Positions 41,062 through 50,524 are shown, counted from the whole stretch's first letter. The stretch is DNA of 59,329 nucleotides, filler included, from 7 parts of 7 records of this genome joined end to end with filler, not necessarily neighbours in it, one strand, 5' to 3'. Program-made: numbers and translations. The notes: generated by a model from the sequence alone, not told the origin.

Positions 41062-42479
41062 CAGCCAAACCAGCCATGCACAAACCAGCCATCCCGCACA
41101 TCCCGGAACACCCAGGCAAGCTGGCCGGTGGACAGCTCGGCAATGTAATAATCCCGGTGAACCCGCTGGCCATCCCACCAGCCCCCACTGATCCGTTCCG
41201 GGCCCGAAAACCACATGGTCGGAGCTTCGACCAGCGGTTGCGGCCCTTTGAGTAACCATAAAGGACGACGGGGTAACTGGTCGGGAGAAGGAAGGCGGCT
41301 ATGATTTTTCCGCTGCACTTCGGAGGCCGACCAGGCCCGTTCGGGCCGGTGATCCGCCTGCGGGGATAACTGCCGTAATGAATGTCCGCCAAGCCGTGCC
41401 TGCAGACGGCTGATCAGGGTGTGCCAGGCTTCGTTCAGATCCTGCGTTTCACCCAGCAGGTCCTGGCCAGAGGCTGCTTCCCGCCCCAGGAAGCGTTTAA
41501 CGGACAGCACCAATGAAACCACCGGAGCCCTTAACGGGTGCTGCTCAAACCGTAGGCGGATAAGATTCAGAAATGCTTCGGCCCGATGCTCGGGGCCGGA
41601 GGTGCGAACCCGAATGCGGGTAGGCTCCTCATGCCGGTGCTGCAGGACCAGCAGCAGGCTGTCGGTATCCTGCTGTCGCCAGCACAGGTCTTCCTCGAGT
41701 TCTGACAGAATGCGCTGCAGGGGGAACAGCAGGCCCTGGGACTGCTCAATCTCCTGCACAAAATCCGCCTGCTGGCGAAAGGTGTGGGGCGGTTGCCAGG
41801 GTGTTTGTGGGTCCGCGCGGTTACCCTGGATCTTCTGCACATACGCGAGGGTTTCCGGCGACAGACGGCGGGCCAGTTCACTGGCAGGCAGTGCGAAGAC
41901 CTCATCCAGGGTGTTCAGGCCGAGCCGTTGCAGACGGGTACAGGTTTTGTCATCGAACTCTGCCGTCAGCAGGGGCATCTGCCCCAGTGTACGCAGGATA
42001 TGGCCTTTGTCCGCCGTGCACTCGCCCTTGCCGGCCCGGGCAATCAGCCGGGCGGCCAGTGGTGTGTGGCCGATGGCTGTCCAGGCGTTAAGCTGGCGTT
42101 CCTCCAGCCCCTGTTCCACCGTTTGCCAGACGGCTGCCAGCCCACCGTAAAGCCGCTGCAGGCTGCCCACTTCCGCCAACAGGCCATTCGGGGGTACCAA
42201 TATGATATGAGCCGCGTACCGGTATAGCCAGCGCGCCTGGTCTTCCAGTATCCGGGCTTCCTGTTGGTGGTCCGCCCTGAGCATACGCAGCTCCGGAACC
42301 AGGCTGATAGCGGTTTTCAGGCGCATGCCAGCGCGTACTCCCTGGGCATAAGCTTCCGGGCAGGCCTGGATAATCTTCTGGCCGGAGCCTTCCACAACAG
42401 CCAGCGCCCCCTGGTTTTCGCGGGAGCGGCGAATATGGTCTAGCAACAGGTGAGGAAAATGCAGGTACAGCCAGAGCAT
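41061..42479 (-). CDS. imuB: Inactive Y-family polymerase ImuB
   Basis: MLWLYLHFP start, RRPLWLL, GPERISGGWWD, RDYY, C-terminal HGWFG. Confidence 0.92.
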   Translation of the reverse strand: MLWLYLHFPHLLLDHIRRSRENQGALAVVEGSGQKIIQACPEAYAQGVRAGMRLKTAISLVPELRMLRADHQQEARILEDQARWLYRYAAHIILVPPNGLLAEVGSLQRLYGGLAAVWQTVEQGLEERQLNAWTAIGHTPLAARLIARAGKGECTADKGHILRTLGQMPLLTAEFDDKTCTRLQRLGLNTLDEVFALPASELARRLSPETLAYVQKIQGNRADPQTPWQPPHTFRQQADFVQEIEQSQGLLFPLQRILSELEEDLCWRQQDTDSLLLVLQHRHEEPTRIRVRTSGPEHRAEAFLNLIRLRFEQHPLRAPVVSLVLSVKRFLGREAASGQDLLGETQDLNEAWHTLISRLQARLGGHSLRQLSPQADHRPERAWSASEVQRKNHSRLPSPDQLPRRPLWLLKGPQPLVEAPTMWFSGPERISGGWWDGQRVHRDYYIAELSTGQLAWVFRDVRDGWFVHGWFG

Positions 42480-42487
42480 GATACGCC

Positions 42488-43177
42488 TTACCCGGTCTTG
42501 CCGGCCCAGGGGCCCTGGACCACCCGTGGGGCTTCCCGGAAGGCCAGATCCGCCCGGTGAGCCATGGCTACGGAGCAACATTGGCCGGGCCAACTGCCGC
42601 GACGTTTCAGAACATTGACCTTGAGCGCCTGTTGACTTCCTGCTGTCAGATCCAGGCGTAGCGCCGCCGGGGAGTTTTGTTCGGCATGACGCCGTTCGCG
42701 GAACAGCACGCACACATTGCTGCCGGCCTCCGCGGCCAGTTGCAAGCGCCGTATGTCACGGGCGGCCAGTTTTCCGGGCCAGGCCATCACCAGGCCGGTG
42801 ACCGGTGAACGCAGGCAGTTTTCCAGTGTCCACAGGAAGTCGCCATCGTCTTCGGTGTTGATCAGTATGACCTGATCCAGATTGACCCCTTCACGGGCCA
42901 GGGCAGGGGCGTAGGGTGTATGGGGAGGGTTCAGCCAGAAGACGGTCTTACCTGCCTGAGAAAGCCGTTGCATCAGGGGTAGCAGCAGGTGCAACTCACC
43001 GATGCCGGGCTCATCCAGCAGGCACTCACTCAACGCCCCTCGAGGCCAGCCAACGCCACCGAGCTGGTTGTCCAGCACCTGGTAACCGGTTGGCTCCGAT
43101 GGCCGGCTGGTACGGATATGCTGCTGACCCTGCCATACACGGGCGTCTTGCATCAGCGTGTTCAGAATCTCGCTCAT
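42488..43177 (-). CDS. imuA: RecA/SulA-like ImuA
   Basis: PTGYQVLD, GWPRGALSE, GIGELHLLLP, RRLQLAAE, SPAALRL. Confidence 0.93.
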   Translation of the reverse strand: MSEILNTLMQDARVWQGQQHIRTSRPSEPTGYQVLDNQLGGVGWPRGALSECLLDEPGIGELHLLLPLMQRLSQAGKTVFWLNPPHTPYAPALAREGVNLDQVILINTEDDGDFLWTLENCLRSPVTGLVMAWPGKLAARDIRRLQLAAEAGSNVCVLFRERRHAEQNSPAALRLDLTAGSQQALKVNVLKRRGSWPGQCCSVAMAHRADLAFREAPRVVQGPWAGKTG

Positions 43178-43194
43178 GGAAAGTTCTCAATATA

Positions 43195-43210
43195 CTGTTT
43201 AAATATACAG
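43195..43210. promoter_or_regulatory. LexA (SOS) box upstream of imuA
   Basis: CTGT-TTAAATAT-ACAG, extended as TACTGT...ACAGTA; matches the gammaproteobacterial CTGT-N8-ACAG consensus. Confidence 0.92.
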
Positions 43211-43304
43211 TATTCTGAAAAAAGCAGGAATTCAAGCGATGGGTTGATAATGTGGCGGAACGAACCCACGCTTAGTAGTACAGCCATCAACCATGGAGGT
43301 TGAA

Positions 43305-43652
43305 ATGAGTGAACTGACGAAACAAAGCTGTGAAGCCTGCAGCGCAGATGCTCCCACAGTCACTGCCGATCAGAAGCAAGCCCTGGGTAAAGATGTACCC
43401 GACTGGCAGGAGATTGAGCTGGACGGGGAGGAACAGTTACAGCGAGTGTTCAAGCTCAAGAATTTCGCCCAGGCCCAGGCATTTACCAACAAGGTGGGTG
43501 ACCTGGCCGAAGAGGAAGGGCACCACCCCGCCATCCTTCTGGAATATGGCAAGGTCACCGTACGCTGGTGGACCCACAAGATAGGCGGCCTGCACAAAAA
43601 CGATTACATCATGGCGGCGCGCACCGACGCAGCCTACAAAGACATGCAATAA
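43305..43652 (+). CDS. phhB: Pterin-4a-carbinolamine dehydratase (gammaproteobacterial type)
   Basis: CEAC N-terminus, [29 protein letters not shown] before ATG 43305. Confidence 0.95.
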   Translation: MSELTKQSCEACSADAPTVTADQKQALGKDVPDWQEIELDGEEQLQRVFKLKNFAQAQAFTNKVGDLAEEEGHHPAILLEYGKVTVRWWTHKIGGLHKNDYIMAARTDAAYKDMQ

Positions 43653-43683
43653 TTTACCAAACCCACCGGAAACAGGATGTGTA

Positions 43684-43959
43684 ATGGCTGAAGACCGTAC
43701 AGATAACCCACTAACCTTTCGGTTAGGCCATGAAGAACTGGTTATACGGCGCCGTTACGAAGTGCTCAGCATCATCAATGATTTCCTGATCGCCATCTGG
43801 TTTCTGGTGGGCAGCATCCTGTTTCTGTTTCCCGAACACGAGAAGGCGGCCATCTGGCTGTTCATTATTGGCAGTTTCCAATTCCTGATTCGCCCCACCA
43901 TTCGCCTGATCGGGCATATCCACGTACAGCGCATTCCGGAAAGCCGCTGGGAAAGTTAG
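43684..43959 (+). CDS. YrhK-like small membrane protein
   Basis: RRRYE...NDFLIAIWFLVGS...FIIGSFQFLIRPTI. Confidence 0.85.
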   Translation: MAEDRTDNPLTFRLGHEELVIRRRYEVLSIINDFLIAIWFLVGSILFLFPEHEKAAIWLFIIGSFQFLIRPTIRLIGHIHVQRIPESRWES

Positions 43960-44948
43960 AAGGTGTCGTCTATCGGGCTGCGTACTCCAAAGCCTCCTTT
44001 ACGAACCACATGTGTGTAGATTTCAGTGGTGCGCACGTCGGCGTGGCCCAGCAGCTTCTGAATAGTGCGAATATCGTATCCGTTTTCCAGTAGGCGAGTG
44101 GCAAAGCTATGGCGAAACGCGTGGCTGTTTGCCTGCTTGTATACTCCCGCCTCACGAATAGCTAAACCGATGGCCCGTTGAACACCGCGATCCAGAAGAT
44201 GGTGCCGGCGTAAGACGCCGCTACGCGGATCCATGGATAACTTGGCGGCTGGAAACAGATATTGCCAGGCAGGTTCTTTGCCTCCGCTGGGGTATTTTTG
44301 ATTCAGAGAAAAGGGCATATAGACTTCGCCATGACCGCCGGCCAGGTCTTTCTTGTGCTGAACCAGGCAAGCGTCAATTTGCAGGGTTAATGGCTCTGCC
44401 AATGAGTCCGGGAGCAAGGTTGTTCTGTCCTTATTGCCTTTTCCACTGCGCACGATGATTTGCTGCATCCCGAAATCCACATCTTTCACTCTAAGTCTCA
44501 AGGCTTCGTTGATTCGCAGGCCGGAGCCATACATCAGGCGCGCAACCAACTGAGGAGCGCCTTCCAGGCCGTTGATAACGGCTTTGGCTTCATCATGGGT
44601 AAAAACGGTGGGTAAGCGTCTGGGTTTTCGTGCCATTTCAAACGATAGTTCATCCAGGGGCTGCTCCAGAAACTCGCGGAACAGAAACACGAGGGCATTC
44701 AGCGCAGTCCGCTGGGTACTGACACTGTTGTTACGCTGCACCGCAAGGTGCGATAGAAATTGTTCCACCTCTTTTGCCGAACACGCGGAAGGATGCTGCA
44801 TACCATGAAAACGGATGAAGCGCTTGATCCAGTGGCAGTACGTCTGTTCAGTCTTGTAGGCCATATTTCGGCTACGAATCAGTGTGCGAAGCTGATCCAT
44901 AAAGCGGGTAGGGTTGTCTGGCAACTTTGGTGGGACATCCAAAATCAT
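43956..44948 (-). CDS. intI: Integron integrase (tyrosine recombinase)
   Basis: TEQTYCHWI, YGSGLRINE, GKGNKDR, IntI-specific insertion GEVYMPFSLNQKYP...WQYLFP, HAFRHSFAT, LGH, catalytic Y in TEIYTHV; GGAGG RBS before ATG 44948. Confidence 0.96.
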   Translation of the reverse strand: MILDVPPKLPDNPTRFMDQLRTLIRSRNMAYKTEQTYCHWIKRFIRFHGMQHPSACSAKEVEQFLSHLAVQRNNSVSTQRTALNALVFLFREFLEQPLDELSFEMARKPRRLPTVFTHDEAKAVINGLEGAPQLVARLMYGSGLRINEALRLRVKDVDFGMQQIIVRSGKGNKDRTTLLPDSLAEPLTLQIDACLVQHKKDLAGGHGEVYMPFSLNQKYPSGGKEPAWQYLFPAAKLSMDPRSGVLRRHHLLDRGVQRAIGLAIREAGVYKQANSHAFRHSFATRLLENGYDIRTIQKLLGHADVRTTEIYTHVVRKGGFGVRSPIDDTF

Positions 44949-44964
44949 CGGCTCAGCCTCCATG

Positions 44965-44980
44965 CTGTTTATTTATACAG
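44965..44980. promoter_or_regulatory. LexA box at the intI promoter
   Basis: CTGT-TTATTTAT-ACAG. Confidence 0.9.
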
Positions 44981-45259
44981 CATTTTAGGCCTGCTTTTGG
45001 GTTATTTCACGGTGAAAAACGGAGATATACGACAATTGTCGCAAAACTTCGTAAATTTCGTACCAATGAGCTGACAACTCTATGAAAGATATGGAATAGT
45101 CGTTGAGGATCTATTTCAGATAAGCGAACAGGTGTACTGGGTGAAACTTGACAATTGACGCTTATTTTTCAGACTGGTCAGTTGTTGAATATTTTAATTT
45201 ATTGAAAATAAAAGAAAATTATGGTCGGTGACATCTAGGTGCATGGAAATAGGCGCGTT

Positions 45260-45298
45260 TTTGGTAGATGTCATTTGTCGTTGAATTAGCTGTTAACC
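45260..45298 (+). mobile_element. Putative attI recombination site; first gene cassette starts after it
   Basis: GTTRRRY core GTTAACC at 45292-45298, about 340 nt upstream of and divergent from intI, followed by a GGAG RBS-like sequence where the contig ends. Confidence 0.65.
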
Positions 45299-45321
45299 AC
45301 ACTGGCAATCTGGAGAGCCGT

Positions 45322-45421
45322 NNNNNNNNNNNNNNNNNNNNNNNNNNNNNNNNNNNNNNNNNNNNTTAATTAATTAANNNNNNNNNNNNNNNNNNNNNNN
45401 NNNNNNNNNNNNNNNNNNNNN
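45322..45421. other. Artificial contig spacer
   Basis: 44 N + TTAATTAATTAA + 44 N. Confidence 0.98.
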
Positions 45422-46045
45422 CGTCAAGGTAGCCGTGAAAAGACGCTTACGTTCGTTCGTGGATGTTCGCGCGCGGAGCGCATAGATTAAAGGGATAAGG
45501 TCGTGTGTTAAGATCGTTTCAGGCACGGGGGCGGTGATCAACTCTTTCACCATCATGGGCAACAGCCGCGGACTGGCTTCTGTGCTGCAGTTTTGAGAGA
45601 ACTTCAAACCAAATCTGCCGTAGAACCGTTGGCGTCGCTCTGCAACGTCCTTTTTTTTGCCGATATCAATATGTTTTATCTGAGCATCCGGCCATTCTCG
45701 TACCCATTCGATGATCTGGTTCATCATCACGGATCCCAACCCGAGACCCCGCAGGTCATCAGGATCGAGAAAAAGCACTGAATCAACAACAGCGGCAAGA
45801 TTGTCCCAGGCATTGAATGAGGCGTCGAAATAACAAGCGCGCGTGGGCCTATGCACCTGATTGGGGCGAGAGATGATCCAGCAATAGACGCGCAAGGTCG
45901 CACCGCTCAGGTGCCCGTTCACATCGGAGGTTCGGGTTTCTTCCGGTTGCAGATAGACCAGCCATTTGCCTGAGAATGGATCTTCGGCATGTGTGGCGTT
46001 GATAGAAACGAGTGTCGGGGCCAGTTCTTTGGTGATCGATGTCAT
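45422..46045 (-). CDS. GNAT-like acetyltransferase (3' end cut by contig end)
   Basis: Acetyl-CoA motif LRGLGLGSVMM and RFYGRFGL motif. Confidence 0.6.
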
Positions 46046-46061
46046 TCTATTCCTGAGGGGA

Positions 46062-47240
46062 TCACGCTGCGCGTCGGCCCGTCTGGGTCATTATGCTGAG
46101 CAGGACAGGTGGCATCTTACCCTCTGCGGCTCCTAGGGCCGGTTCTATCGTCTCAGGATTGTCAAACCAGAGGATCTCGATATCTTCCGCGTTGGCATAG
46201 CTGGTCAGGGCATCAAGGTTGGCAAACGTCCCGTTTCGGACCATCAGCAGGCTGATGACCTGGTCCGTATCCATGCCCATCCGAGCGAGCAGGGCAGCGC
46301 TGAAGCGCTCACGCGTGCGCGTGAGATTGCTCACCGGGCATGCAATCTCGGCTTTGGCACAGCGCCATTTGGCATCAGTCCATGGGCGATTATGCATTTC
46401 GGCCATGGTTTCAACCGTCCATTCTTCCCCACCAAGGTCAAGGGTTTCAATCAGATGGATCGATTGCTCGTCAACGGCAACCAGTTCCACGGTAGCTTCG
46501 GGCTTGTCGTCGAAGATATCGGCGGAAAAACCACCATCTGAGGCATTAATCAGCAGATTTGCCCTTGTGTCATATCCAAGCTCCTGGAGCTGATCGATCA
46601 CGACGGCGATGCCGGCATCCGGCTGGAATGCCCGTGGTGGCCGGGCGGGAGGGCTGGTTTCGGCCATAGGATCAGTGAAGACAAGCCCCGATCCACTGGC
46701 CTCTGTGCTTTTGTCTTCTTCTGGGATCGGCTCAGCCGTCTTGCTCTCAGGTTCTTCTGGATCAAGCGAGATGGAGATCGGCCCACGGGGTGCTTCCGGC
46801 TCCGTGGTTACTTGGGTGAAGGGACGCGGAGAGGCTGTCACCCATTCAACACTCGCTTCAATGCGGGGTTTGGGAATTCGGACCTTCAGCATTTTTCCAA
46901 CCCCCTTGCCAGCTGACCGCGACGCAAGGGAAAGAGGGTAGAAGATGTACAGGAGATATCGCAGTTTTCCCGTATGCGACGCCAGGTACCGGAGTGGTTC
47001 GGGCAGGAACTTTGAACCAAGGACCAGTCCGGCACCCAGCACCAGAAGGCACGCAACATGCGTGATCAGCAAATACAAGTGGCCGACCTTATAAGCATCA
47101 AGTGGCAAGCTTAACAGTTGAGCGAGCCCTGCGCGATGCGCAGCGGACAGCCAGTTGATATCAAACAGCGCATATATGACGCCAATCGACAGAGCTGCGG
47201 CGGCGATCAGCCCCATAATGCCGGACAAAAAGCGAATCAT
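46062..47240 (-). CDS. Membrane-anchored protein with Pro/Glu linker and degenerate NERD-like C-terminal domain
   Basis: N-terminal TM helices; VELVAVDEQSIHLIETLDLGG...W...CPV resembles the NERD pattern IDxxxxxxxGIxVIETKxxxG...NP; ATGA-coupled. Confidence 0.5.
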   Translation of the reverse strand: MIRFLSGIMGLIAAAALSIGVIYALFDINWLSAAHRAGLAQLLSLPLDAYKVGHLYLLITHVACLLVLGAGLVLGSKFLPEPLRYLASHTGKLRYLLYIFYPLSLASRSAGKGVGKMLKVRIPKPRIEASVEWVTASPRPFTQVTTEPEAPRGPISISLDPEEPESKTAEPIPEEDKSTEASGSGLVFTDPMAETSPPARPPRAFQPDAGIAVVIDQLQELGYDTRANLLINASDGGFSADIFDDKPEATVELVAVDEQSIHLIETLDLGGEEWTVETMAEMHNRPWTDAKWRCAKAEIACPVSNLTRTRERFSAALLARMGMDTDQVISLLMVRNGTFANLDALTSYANAEDIEILWFDNPETIEPALGAAEGKMPPVLLSIMTQTGRRAA

Positions 47241-47863
47241 GACAAGATCTCCTGCAGGTCTTTGAGGTGTGTGCCGATTGTGTCTGACCACCATCTGATC
47301 CGGATCGGGTGAGGTGTGCCGAAACGCTGTGGGTTATTTTGAAGAATCTTGATGCAGGAATCCGTCTCGGCTTTTCCTTTACAGAAGCGCTCGATGCGGA
47401 TGCGGGCCTTCTCGGGGTCGGGGTAAACGCCCGCCAAGGCGTTTTCGAGAGCCAGCCTGCTTTCGCGCAAGGCTGCCCGATCCACCTTTGGCTTGCCCCG
47501 AATTTTCTGTGCCGTCACGCTTGTGCCTACAGATCGAGGCTGTTGAGGCGACCCGGTCCGGCTCAGCGCCTTGTGGGCCTTGGAGAACCAGCCGATAGGC
47601 AGATCGTCCAGGTTCCCTGGCATGTTTTGCAGGTTTGTGGCAATCAGGCCCGGAAGAAAATTGCTGGTCAGTGTTCCGGCCGGGGGAGGGAGAGCCTGCT
47701 TGATGTCCGATGGGATTTGATCAATCTGATACCATCCGCGAGAAGGCTCAAGCACGGCCCACCCATCACCAACCCGTATGGCACTCCATTCGTCGGGCAA
47801 CTGCGAAACCTGCGCATAGACCGGGTGCAAAGGATCAGGTGAGGGGCAGGCGATATAAGCCAT
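47237..47863 (-). CDS. Hypothetical protein with a possible BID-like C-terminal region
   Basis: LENALAGVYPDPEKARIRI...LQNNPQRFG recalls BID segments of alphaproteobacterial relaxases/T4SS substrates; coupled to both neighbours. Confidence 0.45.
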   Translation of the reverse strand: MAYIACPSPDPLHPVYAQVSQLPDEWSAIRVGDGWAVLEPSRGWYQIDQIPSDIKQALPPPAGTLTSNFLPGLIATNLQNMPGNLDDLPIGWFSKAHKALSRTGSPQQPRSVGTSVTAQKIRGKPKVDRAALRESRLALENALAGVYPDPEKARIRIERFCKGKAETDSCIKILQNNPQRFGTPHPIRIRWWSDTIGTHLKDLQEILS

Positions 47864-48546
47864 CAGCTTACCTTATCAGTCCGCGTGATGTCTTCCTCAT
47901 CAATCGGCGTCCAGGTTACGCTGACGGTTGCAGAAGTGATCGGCTTGGTAGCCTGAACAAGAAAGACGTCGTCATCCTCGGATTGGCGAAAGTACGAGAG
48001 AAGTAGGCGGCTCACACGAGATTGGAACTGACGGGTGTAGGCTTCATCCATATTTGCAAAAGCAGGCACGAATGTATGAGAGACCCCTTCTCGAAGTTCA
48101 CTGTCTGAAACGATGAAAACAGATCTCCCTCTATCGTTCTTTGCGGAGGGTTTATGTTCAAGTTCCCACGCTCGTGACAGGTACAGTTCCATTTGATACC
48201 GATCTTCCTTGCGCGCGTGAGCAGTTAGGATAAATCCTGCATACTCAGCTGTGAGGTCGTTGTACTCGAACTGCAATGCTGGAGAGGCGATGGCCTCTTC
48301 GATTTTAACCTGCTTTGGGTTAGATGGATTTGCTGCGATAACAAAATGTTCGTTAGCCCAATGCATGCTGTCGTTACAAGTGCGTTCGCTTGACTGACCT
48401 CGGAAGTCACAAACGAAGGTTTCAGTATGGGGTGTCCCATTTTCTTCCTGATATCTGAGTTCTACCCGATAAATCTCAGGGGCATCATCCCACCAGCAAC
48501 CAGCGAGTACGGCAACGACGGGTACGAGCATCATAAAGCGAAGCAT
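47863..48546 (-). CDS. Hypothetical lipoprotein
   Basis: MLRFMMLVPVVAVLAG-C lipobox. Confidence 0.7.
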   Translation of the reverse strand: MLRFMMLVPVVAVLAGCWWDDAPEIYRVELRYQEENGTPHTETFVCDFRGQSSERTCNDSMHWANEHFVIAANPSNPKQVKIEEAIASPALQFEYNDLTAEYAGFILTAHARKEDRYQMELYLSRAWELEHKPSAKNDRGRSVFIVSDSELREGVSHTFVPAFANMDEAYTRQFQSRVSRLLLSYFRQSEDDDVFLVQATKPITSATVSVTWTPIDEEDITRTDKVS

Positions 48547-48563
48547 AATATTAGTCCTATTCT

Positions 48564-50120
48564 TCAGGAGCCATCGCGGTTGCGACCGATGCCGCTTTCG
48601 CGCATCGCCTGGGTAAACGATTTGGTCATCATGTCGGCGAATTCTTTTCTCTCTTGAGGCGAGCCCATCATACTGCCACTACCGCCTCCGGTTGAAAAGC
48701 GGTTACTGCCAATGGGACTGCCCCCGGTTGGGTTTGCCGGGTTGGGTGGTCTGGACCCGCCGCGGAACGGATTTGTCGCGGCACCGACTGCGGAGCCGAT
48801 AAGGCCATGAGCTGCCAGCGATTGCCCGACACCTTGCATGCCGCCCGCCGTAACATTTTTATTGCCTTTCATGATGTCATTCATGCTGGCACCAGCGCCG
48901 CCACGCCCAAACAAGGCGCCGCCGCCATATTTCATGGCACCGGCAGCGCCTCCGGCTGCGGCCATTTTAGCCGCCATGACAACAGCAGCTGCTGGGCCAG
49001 GCCCATCATTGGCACCTGAAATGTTTGACGCCAGAGTTTTTGCTGAGAGATGAAGCAGAACGGAGAGAAAGCCGACAACGATCATCATGAGGAAGGCCGG
49101 GTCGAAAACGATCCAGCTAGCTTTGTTCGTTCGCTCTATACTATCAATGCATTGTTGTTTTGAGATTGGAGGATCCAGTTGATATGGTTCTAAGTCTCCG
49201 AACAGAATGCTCCATGTCTCGCTCGATGGAATGATTTTGTCATACCAATTCATGTATTCGTTGCAATGATAGCGGAATCTCAAGCTATCAATAGTGTTAG
49301 AAGCTTCAGTAGCTAGGGCAAGTTGTTGGTTGATGTTACCCTTAAAATTGTCAACTGCAACAAGGGTAAAGCCCATTGCCCCGGCTGCGAAGACCAGGGT
49401 GAAAAACGCACCAATGAGGATGCGAAGGCCGGCCGTACTAAAGGGTCGGAAGAACTTTACCGGGAAGAGGGCAATGAGGATGGGTGTGGCGGTTGCCATA
49501 GCGACATATTTAAACATGGCTTCAGCCATGAAGGCCGCAAAAATGCCAAGAACAAAAAGAAAAGGCAGCATACCGATGATGCACATTATTAGGCGTGCGA
49601 CGATGGCAGGTCCAAGCGTGATCCCCTCCCCATAGGCAATTTCGCCGAAAAGTTTGAGAACATCAAGCATTTGCTGCTCGATCAATGCTGCCAGTACGGC
49701 GTAGCCATTCAAGATGCTTTCGCCTCCAACCTGAATGGTTGCTTCATCTATAGCAAGAGGATACGGGAGACTTCCAATGCCAGTGTATTCTGGCAATTTC
49801 TTCAGAATGTCGACGGACATGGCCAAGGACATATCCTCGATGGCCCAGAAGACCTGGAGCACCACCGAAGTGCTTCCGACCTGAGACAGCAGAATGATGG
49901 CGATCGTAAAGCAGGCAATGGATACCTTAAGTCCTTCGGCTCTTTCTTTTCCCTTCTCGGGCTGGAAAACCATGCTGAGAAAAACCAGCGAGATGTAAAG
50001 CGTGCTGCCGGTCCGCATGAAATTCAGCATGGCGGGTGCGAGCGCGTCAAACACGCCAGTCGAGAACGCATATTTTATATGATAAAGCTGATTGAAGAAC
50101 GGACCGGTATAACTTGTCAT
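48564..50120 (-). CDS. virB6: VirB6/TrbL-like type IV secretion inner-membrane protein
   Basis: Polytopic core (PFLFVL...EAMFK...PILIALFP...RPF), AKTLASNISG, Gly/Ala-rich low-complexity C-tail typical of TrbL/VirB6. Confidence 0.7.
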   Translation of the reverse strand: MTSYTGPFFNQLYHIKYAFSTGVFDALAPAMLNFMRTGSTLYISLVFLSMVFQPEKGKERAEGLKVSIACFTIAIILLSQVGSTSVVLQVFWAIEDMSLAMSVDILKKLPEYTGIGSLPYPLAIDEATIQVGGESILNGYAVLAALIEQQMLDVLKLFGEIAYGEGITLGPAIVARLIMCIIGMLPFLFVLGIFAAFMAEAMFKYVAMATATPILIALFPVKFFRPFSTAGLRILIGAFFTLVFAAGAMGFTLVAVDNFKGNINQQLALATEASNTIDSLRFRYHCNEYMNWYDKIIPSSETWSILFGDLEPYQLDPPISKQQCIDSIERTNKASWIVFDPAFLMMIVVGFLSVLLHLSAKTLASNISGANDGPGPAAAVVMAAKMAAAGGAAGAMKYGGGALFGRGGAGASMNDIMKGNKNVTAGGMQGVGQSLAAHGLIGSAVGAATNPFRGGSRPPNPANPTGGSPIGSNRFSTGGGSGSMMGSPQERKEFADMMTKSFTQAMRESGIGRNRDGS

Positions 50121-50524
50121 TTTGTCCGCACCTGTCTGATCAAGAACCAGAGGCAGATTGCCCCTATGGGCCCGGCGACAAGAAACACCTTCATAATCGG
50201 CATGAAGGAGGCGGCCGCGATACAGACAAGAAGAATAAAGATCAGGATCGAGAAGCGATCACTGGTTGCTTTTTCTTCTTTCACGTTCTGAACCGGCTTT
50301 TCCTGGGCAATGCGAGTGCTGTCAGCATGGGCCCGGACAAGCCATGGCATCGCGGCACCGGCCTCATGGACCTGCATGGTAATGCCATACTCAATTTCCG
50401 GGGTTAATTGTACGTTCTGCCGTGCAAACCATTGACGAATGTCGTCGGTAACGACTGAGATGTCATCAGCCCTTGGCATTGTGCCAAAGAGCTCTTCAAG
50501 CCTTGCATCGTTTTCCTCAGACAT
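50117..50524 (-). CDS. Hypothetical protein with two C-terminal TM helices
   Basis: Overlaps both neighbours (ATGA coupling to virB6); hydrophobic C-terminus. Confidence 0.65.
   Translation of the reverse strand: MSEENDARLEELFGTMPRADDISVVTDDIRQWFARQNVQLTPEIEYGITMQVHEAGAAMPWLVRAHADSTRIAQEKPVQNVKEEKATSDRFSILIFILLVCIAAASFMPIMKVFLVAGPIGAICLWFLIRQVRTK

Noticed and set aside
41062-42713. N-terminal extensions of dnaE2 (to 41259) and imuB (to 42713) in the ORF track
   Set aside because: They overlap the upstream genes; the family-typical starts are at 41061 and 42479
13616-43652. Two pterin-4a-carbinolamine dehydratase genes as a duplication
   Set aside because: They are on different contigs and are of different sequence types
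45422-47240. Genes after attI as integron cassettes
   Set aside because: A spacer separates them from attI, and no attC sites are visible
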